Positions 16,359 through 22,181 of a DNA stretch of 22,181 nucleotides are shown in pieces. Location of the stretch: NCBI GenBank assembly GCA_034439575.1, contig JAWXAQ010000031.1:1-22181 (forward strand), read 5' to 3'. The notes under the pieces are model-generated. The model made no database searches. It had not been told where the DNA came from and worked only from the letters and a program-made list of their open reading frames with translations. The position numbers and the translations under genes are program-made. Origin of the DNA: Leptospira sp. (GTDB lineage: Bacteria > Spirochaetota > Leptospiria > Leptospirales > Leptospiraceae). How positions within the stretch are numbered: the stretch's first letter is position 1; each line of letters begins with the position of its first letter.

Positions 16359-19121
16359 TTAAAGCTTACGAGCTATCTCACGGATTTCGAATACTTCGAT
16401 TTCATCGCCGACTTCAAAATCATTGAAACCATCGAGTAAGATACCGCATTCAAACCCAGTCAAGACATCAGGAACATCATCTTTAACTCGTTTGAGGTTC
16501 TTGATTTTTCCTTCCCATAGGATTTCGCCAGATTTATTAGAGATGACTCGGACACTTGCCACTTTCGCAACTTTACCCGACTTCACCATACATCCTGCAA
16601 TATTTCCCACTTTAGAGATTTTGAATACATCTCGTATTTCCACTTTACCGATGATATTCTCGACCTTTTCTGGTTCGAGCATACCTTCCATGGAAGCTTT
16701 CACTTCATTCACTACATCATAAATGATGCTGTAATATTTGATTTCTACTTTTTCTTTTTCGGCAAGCATCACAGTCTTTGGATTCGCACGGGTATGGAAA
16801 CCGATGACTATGGCATTCGATGCAGAAGCAAGAATGATATCTGAATCAACAATCGCGCCCGTTCCCGCATGGATCACATGGAGTCTTACATCTGCCGTTG
16901 AAAGTTTTTCAAGAGCTTCTTTCACAGCTTCTGTAGATCCACGAACGTCTGCTTTGATAATGACTTTGAGTTCTTTGAGAGCACCTTGTTTGATGATCTC
17001 ACTCATATTATCAAGTGTTACGCGAGTGGCTGCATTTTTGGATTGGCCAAGTCTTTCGTATTCTTGACGGCTATGAGAAATCTCACGAGCTTCTTTATCT
17101 TCCAACACCACATCAAATGGTGCACCAGCATCAGGCACGCCATCAAGACCAGTCACGAGAGCTGGAAAGGATGGACCTGCTTCTTTGATGGATTGCCCAA
17201 GGTCGTTGTATAAAGCACGAACGCGTCCCGAGTGAACACCCGCAACAAAAGCATCGCCCAAACGAAGTGTTCCGTTTTGGATGAGTACGGTTGCCACAGG
17301 TCCACGACCTGGATCGAGTTTTGCTTCTACGATGGTTCCTTTCGCACGACGTTTTGGATTTGCTTTGTGGTCGAGTAACTCTGCTTGGATGAGGATCATC
17401 TCAAGAAGTTTATCAATACCGATATTGTTTTTTGCTGAAATTTCACAGAAGATGGTAGTTCCACCCCATTCTTCTGGTTGTAATCCATAATTAGAAAGTT
17501 CTTGTCTCACCTTTTCTGCGTTAGCGGCAGGAAGGTCAATTTTGTTTATGGCGACTATGATAGGAACTTCTGCTTCTTTCGCATGATTGATCGCTTCTAT
17601 CGTTTGAGGCATCACACCATCGTCAGCGGCAACAACTAACACAACTATGTCTGTCACCGAGGCACCACGAGCTCTCATGGAAGTAAAGGCTTCGTGACCT
17701 GGCGTATCCAGGAAGGCAATACGTCCACGATTGGTTTCTACTTGGTAGGCACCAATGTGCTGAGTAATGCCACCTGACTCACCTTCTGCGACCCGTGAAA
17801 CACGAATCGTATCAAGTAATTTTGTTTTACCATGGTCAACGTGACCCATAATCGTCACAACTGGAGGTCTTGTGATATAATCATCTGGTGCATCTTTTTC
17901 TTCTTCAATGACTGTTTCATCATAAAGAGATACAATCTTCACCTTACAACCGTAATCATCAGCAAGGATGGATGCTGTTTCTGCATCGATCACATTGTTG
18001 ATCGTAACCATCATACCCATTTTCATGAGTTTGGAGATCACTTCGCCTGGTTTTAGGTTTAGTTTTTTCGCAATTTCCCCTACTTGGATATTTTCCAAAA
18101 TAGAGATTTCTTTTGGCACAGCCGCAAGTGCCGCTGCCTGAGCTTTCTGTTTACGAAAGCTTTGTTTAAAAAACTTAGTATTTTCATCTTTTTCTTCACG
18201 GCCACCTTTGTCTTTTTCAAAGGCCTTCTTTTTGCCAGAAGCATTCCCGCCTGGAGGTCCACCAAAAGGTGCTCCCCCGATACCGCCACCTTGGCCTGGT
18301 CCACCACCGCCCTGTCCGGGTCCGCCGCCTTGGCCAATCGGTCTAGCACCGCGACTTCCTGGAGGACGAGGTCCACCTTGGTACCCACCAGGGCCACCAC
18401 TGCCTTGGCCTGGTCCGCGATTCCCTTGGTATCCGCCACCACCGCCGCCTTGGCCTGGTCCGCGATTCCCTTGGTATCCGCCACCACCGCCGCCTTGGCC
18501 TGGTCCACGATTCCCTTGGTATCCGCCACCACCGCCACCTTGGCCTGGTCCGCGATTCCCTTGGTATCCGCCACCACCGCCACCTTGGCCTGGTCCACGA
18601 TTCCCTTGGTATCCGCCGCCACCGCCGCCTTGGCTTGGTCCGCGATTTTCACTCGGAGGTCTGGTAATTGGTCTTGAAACAATAGGATTACGATCTTCTT
18701 TGCGGAAGTAACCAGGAACAGTTTGCCCTTGGTTTTTATTGTCCGCGTTTCTGTATCCTGGAGATGCCGTATCCCCAGAAAGGATAGATTCTGGTTTGCG
18801 GTCCATTGGAGGGCGAGAAGGTTCTATCATCTCTTCTCTTTTTGGTCTAGATACAATCGGCGAAGCCTGGGAAGGCGCTTGTGGTCCAGATCCTGCACCA
18901 CCACCTAATCCACCTTGGCGTTTTGCCTCTTCACGAATGAGTTCATTTAGATCTTTTTTCTTTTCATAAGCAGGTGAAGAACTAGATTTAACTTCAGGCG
19001 CAGCTGCAGTTGTCTTAGGTTCAACGGAACCGGGCTTCTTTTTGATGACCAACTTTTTTTTCGTTTTGTCACCAGCTGCCCCTTGTTGGAGGGTTTCTTT
19101 AATCGACTTTTGTTCTTCCAT
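16359..19121 (-). CDS. infB: Translation initiation factor IF-2
   Basis: [55 protein letters not shown] and IIKADVRGS, with a long Gly/Gln/Pro-rich N-terminal region. Confidence 0.99.
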   Translation of the reverse strand: MEEQKSIKETLQQGAAGDKTKKKLVIKKKPGSVEPKTTAAAPEVKSSSSPAYEKKKDLNELIREEAKRQGGLGGGAGSGPQAPSQASPIVSRPKREEMIEPSRPPMDRKPESILSGDTASPGYRNADNKNQGQTVPGYFRKEDRNPIVSRPITRPPSENRGPSQGGGGGGYQGNRGPGQGGGGGGYQGNRGPGQGGGGGGYQGNRGPGQGGGGGGYQGNRGPGQGGGGGGYQGNRGPGQGSGGPGGYQGGPRPPGSRGARPIGQGGGPGQGGGGPGQGGGIGGAPFGGPPGGNASGKKKAFEKDKGGREEKDENTKFFKQSFRKQKAQAAALAAVPKEISILENIQVGEIAKKLNLKPGEVISKLMKMGMMVTINNVIDAETASILADDYGCKVKIVSLYDETVIEEEKDAPDDYITRPPVVTIMGHVDHGKTKLLDTIRVSRVAEGESGGITQHIGAYQVETNRGRIAFLDTPGHEAFTSMRARGASVTDIVVLVVAADDGVMPQTIEAINHAKEAEVPIIVAINKIDLPAANAEKVRQELSNYGLQPEEWGGTTIFCEISAKNNIGIDKLLEMILIQAELLDHKANPKRRAKGTIVEAKLDPGRGPVATVLIQNGTLRLGDAFVAGVHSGRVRALYNDLGQSIKEAGPSFPALVTGLDGVPDAGAPFDVVLEDKEAREISHSRQEYERLGQSKNAATRVTLDNMSEIIKQGALKELKVIIKADVRGSTEAVKEALEKLSTADVRLHVIHAGTGAIVDSDIILASASNAIVIGFHTRANPKTVMLAEKEKVEIKYYSIIYDVVNEVKASMEGMLEPEKVENIIGKVEIRDVFKISKVGNIAGCMVKSGKVAKVASVRVISNKSGEILWEGKIKNLKRVKDDVPDVLTGFECGILLDGFNDFEVGDEIEVFEIREIARKL
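18403..18647. repeat. In-frame 45-bp tandem repeat (about 5.4 copies) within infB, encoding [15 protein letters not shown]
   Basis: TTCCCTTGGTATCCGCC recurs at 18421, 18466, 18511, 18556 and 18601 (period 45). Unit on the + strand: CCTTGGCCTGGTCCRCGATTCCCTTGGTATCCGCCACCACCGCCR. Confidence 0.97.
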
Positions 19122-19140
19122 AATATACTACTTGCTAAAC

Positions 19141-20529
19141 CTAGCCCTCTTCCACCCATTCAATCGACTCGCGCAGTAATCTCAAAATTTGTTCTGCTGT
19201 TGTTCGGCCAATTCCAGAAATGGCTGATAATTCTTCAGGACTAAAATCCAAAAGTGTTTCTACGTTCTTAATTCCACCAGCGTCCAATAAACCGATAATC
19301 CTTGGAGTCAGTCCTGGAATTTCTGTTAAAGGAGTCAAGGAATCATCTTCCTCTTCTACTGGGCTACTTGTTTCTTCTTCCCCTTCCATTGCCTCTTGTT
19401 GGGCATTGAAAAGACGATCGAGCTTTTCTCTGGCTTCCGGAGAGGCAAGCTCTTGGTTGTACTGTGATACTGTTTTGATATCAATCTTATAGCCCGAAAG
19501 TTGGGATACAAGTTTCACATTGGATCCGTTAATGCCAATGGCAAGCGAAAGTGATTCATCTGGCACAATGACAAGGGCATCCCCTCGTTTTCTATCTACA
19601 TGCACTTCCACAGGTTTTGCTGGGGAAATCGCATTTGCGATAAATACACTCGGCTCTTCCGAATACAATACAATATCAATTCTTTCATTTCCTAGTTCAC
19701 GAACTATAGCTTGGATACGAACACCTTTCATGCCGACACAGGCACCTACAGGATCCACATCATGTTTGTTAGTAAAAACTACGACCTTGGTTCGAAAGGA
19801 TGGAATGCGAGCTACATCTCGAATTTCGACGATGCCATCATACACTTCAGGGATTTCCATCTCGAAAAGTTTTTTTACGAAATCTCCTGAGGCGCGTGAA
19901 AGTGTAATCACTGGCATCGGTTCTCTAGGGCGAATTTCCACTCTAGAGATGATCGCTTTCAATCGATCCCCTTGGCGGTATTTTTCACCTGGGTTTTGGT
20001 CTTTTTTCAGCATAATGCCTTCGACCTTACCGAGATCAATGCTCATCGCATCTTTTTTCCATCGCTGGAAATAACCGTGAGTCAATTCCCCTTCTTTGGA
20101 TTTATATTCTTCAAATAATATTTCTTTTTCAATGTCGCGAAGCCTTTGGAAAACCATTTGTTTGGCTTGGCTTGAGAGTACTCGCGAAAGGTCTTGTGGT
20201 TTTTCGAAGATTCGAATTTGTGATCCAGCTTCTGCTGTTGGTTCCAAAAGCTTGGCATCGGATTCTTTAATTTCGACTAGGCTTTTTGGTTCCCCACTTA
20301 CTACATCTTTTAAGACACTCACAACAATTTCATTTTTGTTGTCTTGTCCGAACTCAACTTGGCATCGTTCTTCCGCATCCACCTCGAGTCCCACTTTTTT
20401 ACGGTAAGCCGTAAGAAGGGAATCTCGAATCACGCCGAGAACTAAATCGCGATCCAATGATTTGTCTGCGCAAAACTGCTGGATGGCTTCGAAGAGGCCA
20501 ATATCTTTCGTTACTTGTTTTGTAGCCAT
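19141..20529 (-). CDS. nusA: Transcription termination/antitermination factor NusA
   Basis: AKQMVFQRLRDIEKE, an S1 domain, ITLSRAS..FVKKLFEMEIPEVYDG, KH motifs DPVGACVGMKGVRIQAIVRELGNERIDIV and SLAIGINGSNVKL, and C-terminal HhH repeats. Confidence 0.98.
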   Translation of the reverse strand: MATKQVTKDIGLFEAIQQFCADKSLDRDLVLGVIRDSLLTAYRKKVGLEVDAEERCQVEFGQDNKNEIVVSVLKDVVSGEPKSLVEIKESDAKLLEPTAEAGSQIRIFEKPQDLSRVLSSQAKQMVFQRLRDIEKEILFEEYKSKEGELTHGYFQRWKKDAMSIDLGKVEGIMLKKDQNPGEKYRQGDRLKAIISRVEIRPREPMPVITLSRASGDFVKKLFEMEIPEVYDGIVEIRDVARIPSFRTKVVVFTNKHDVDPVGACVGMKGVRIQAIVRELGNERIDIVLYSEEPSVFIANAISPAKPVEVHVDRKRGDALVIVPDESLSLAIGINGSNVKLVSQLSGYKIDIKTVSQYNQELASPEAREKLDRLFNAQQEAMEGEEETSSPVEEEDDSLTPLTEIPGLTPRIIGLLDAGGIKNVETLLDFSPEELSAISGIGRTTAEQILRLLRESIEWVEEG

Positions 20530-20533
20530 AGGT

Positions 20534-21022
20534 TTATAATTCTAAAAATAGATTTCCTTTCCGAATTTCACTTAAAGGTTTTTGAATGGGCTTCACTACC
20601 TTTCGTCTAGGCCCCTTATTGTCGTAAGGTGTTAGTTCGATGGTGTCCCCCATTCGCGGCCCAAGACGATAGACTCGCTTGTCCCAATTTCCATTTTCCA
20701 AAAGGACTTCTAATTTTGCTAAAAGGCCTTGGAAACGATCCAAATCTTCGGGCATACGAAGCAAACGCTCCGCCCCACTGGAGGAGACCTGAAGGGTGAA
20801 GTCAAATTCTTCTCCCCATAGATCCAATTCCTCTTTGAGTCTCTTGGATACTTCCTCGCAATCAAACAAACTGACTGAGCCAGTCTTATGATCTAGGTGA
20901 TCCAGCGAAATCTCAATGAGGGCGTGGTTTTTCCGATTCTGTACTTGGAGCGAAAAAAGCGCAAGAGGTGGTTCGAGAATTTTATTTAAAACTTCTCTGA
21001 TGTTTTCCTCGGTGTATACCAA
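20534..21022 (-). CDS. rimP: Ribosome maturation factor RimP
   Basis: IEISLD...GSVSLFDCEEVSKRL...FTLQVSSSGAERLL..PEDLDRFQG. Probable TTG start at 21022, because the track's start at 21070 lies at or upstream of the predicted transcription start. Confidence 0.93.
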   Translation of the reverse strand: MVYTEENIREVLNKILEPPLALFSLQVQNRKNHALIEISLDHLDHKTGSVSLFDCEEVSKRLKEELDLWGEEFDFTLQVSSSGAERLLRMPEDLDRFQGLLAKLEVLLENGNWDKRVYRLGPRMGDTIELTPYDNKGPRRKVVKPIQKPLSEIRKGNLFLEL

Positions 21023-21073
21023 ACCATATCCAAAAGTATCCCTGTGCAGGATTCTTAGTAAGAGACCCAACTC

Positions 21074-21102
21074 ATGTTAAAAAATAACACGACACTTGTC
21101 AA
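21074..21102 (-). promoter_or_regulatory. Sigma70 promoter of the rimP-nusA-infB operon
   Basis: Perfect -35 TTGACA (21102-21097), 17-bp spacer, -10 TAACAT (21079-21074). Predicted transcription start near 21067. Confidence 0.8.
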
Positions 21103-21157
21103 GCTAGGAAAACCGAGTTGTGCTGTAAATAAAAAAATAGGGAATGGAAGGTTGTCT

Positions 21158-22181
21158 ATGCGATTCTTCATTCTAATTTGCCTTTCCCTTACCTTTTCCC
21201 AATGCCTAAGATTCCGTGTGGACAATCTTAAGGATGATCTCTTGTTCCGAATTCCTTTGGGAACCACGGCTGATACTTGGGAAGGAGTCGTTGTGAACCA
21301 AGTTTTGACCAATGTCCCTCTCACTTTGCCCGTATCTGGGAATATTGTAGCACTTTCTGATACAAAACAATCCATTATCAAAATTTTTGACCGAAATGGC
21401 CGTCTGGAGGCCAGTCTTGGGAACCCCGAATTCAAACCTATCTCTGGAATTCCCCATTACCCCTTTCGCTTTGGTGGGATCGGGATTGTGGCCTTAACAG
21501 AAGATGGAGATTTAGTGGTTCAAAATCGAATCTCATCCAAAGGAATCGAAGTCCCACAAGGGCAAGAGAATCTTTATAAATCTTATAGCGGGACTTTCTC
21601 TACATCTGGAACAGCTGTTTTGCCCTCCTTTCTAGTGCAAATTTCACAGAAAGGTGTTGTCAAGTTCATGTTAGGTGCCTCAGGGAAAAATTCTGAACCA
21701 TTCCGATACATAGAAGCCATAATACCTGGCGAGGGTGATAAATTATTTGTGTATCACCGTATAGCAGAAGAAATGCGACTCTCTTATTTTGATGAAGGTG
21801 AGCTGAAAGGAAATATCAAAGAATCACTTCTACCTGTTTTTACAAGCCCTGAAGCAAAAGATTTTGACATCACATTGGATAAGATATTACCACATCCTGA
21901 AGGTGAATACGTGTTAGCTTCCTTTAGTTATTTTTCTAAAAAAGACAAACGTTTCAAATATAGAAAGATCTTTCGTTATACCTTCACAGGCAAAGAAGAT
22001 GAGTTTGTCAAAGAAATCCAAGATCCATCCGAGATATTATTTTCCATACGCTCCAATCAGGAATTTTATGTTTGGGAAACCGAAGACCAAGGCAATTCGA
22101 TTCGATTACAAGTTCACGACAGAGAAGGAAATCATATCAATAACAAAAGACTTCCCTTTCTTCCGCCTCGTGGACAATGGA
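21158..22181 (+). CDS. Predicted lipoprotein of unknown function (partial, runs off the window; not in the ORF track)
   Basis: Manual translation gives MRFFILICLSLTFSQC-LRFRVDNLKDDLLFRIPLG...IVALSDTKQSIIKIFDRNGRLEASLG..., open with no stop to the window end. GGAAGG RBS upstream and a spirochaete-type lipobox FSQC. Confidence 0.85.
   Translation, partial: MRFFILICLSLTFSQCLRFRVDNLKDDLLFRIPLGTTADTWEGVVVNQVLTNVPLTLPVSGNIVALSDTKQSIIKIFDRNGRLEASLGNPEFKPISGIPHYPFRFGGIGIVALTEDGDLVVQNRISSKGIEVPQGQENLYKSYSGTFSTSGTAVLPSFLVQISQKGVVKFMLGASGKNSEPFRYIEAIIPGEGDKLFVYHRIAEEMRLSYFDEGELKGNIKESLLPVFTSPEAKDFDITLDKILPHPEGEYVLASFSYFSKKDKRFKYRKIFRYTFTGKEDEFVKEIQDPSEILFSIRSNQEFYVWETEDQGNSIRLQVHDREGNHINNKRLPFLPPRGQW

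Noticed and set aside
18403..18647. The 45-bp repeat as a CRISPR array
   Set aside because: The units are head-to-tail with no unique spacers, are in frame within infB, and no cas genes are nearby.
18080..18711. Alternative-frame ORFs over the infB repeat (poly-Pro [26 protein letters not shown] and SATTAALAW repeats)
   Set aside because: They are by-products of a GC-rich, stop-free, 3n-periodic repeat inside an essential gene, with no independent evidence of translation.
415..20407. Numerous short antisense and out-of-frame ORFs in the track
   Set aside because: All are nested within well-supported genes and lack recognisable domains.
14570..20535. Shared 12-mer CCTATGGCTACA at the starts of pnp and nusA
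   Set aside because: Most of it is explained by both proteins starting Met-Ala-Thr. It is too short to support a regulatory motif.
21055..21457. Minus-strand ORFs 21055..21435 and 21206..21457
   Set aside because: They are antisense to the longer + strand lipoprotein ORF, one runs over the rimP promoter, and they have no recognisable motifs.

Overview
The window looks like core-genome DNA from a spirochaete, very probably Leptospira. That call rests on an IF2 with [10 protein letters not shown] repeats, the gene order rimP-nusA-infB-rbfA-truB-rpsO-pnp-M16 peptidase-dut, and a spirochaetal-type lipoprotein signal. The minus strand carries this translation/RNA-metabolism operon, headed by a near-consensus sigma70 promoter. 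It runs almost directly into a flagellar rod/ring operon (flgG-flgA-flgH-flgI-flgJ), and a second rod-family gene (flgF-like) lies at the left end. Between flgJ and the flgF-like gene sits an oppositely oriented, tightly packed five-gene operon. It encodes a degenerate RRM protein, an ATP-grasp ligase, two class I SAM methyltransferases and a 785-aa YihY/BrkB membrane protein with an inserted Asp-box beta-propeller and a C-terminal winged-helix-like domain. This cassette is the best candidate for an uncharacterised system, possibly for envelope or glycan modification. A predicted lipoprotein gene missing from the ORF track starts at 21158 and runs off the right edge. I found no RNA genes, mobile elements or CRISPR arrays. 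All family assignments come from motif recognition, not database searches.
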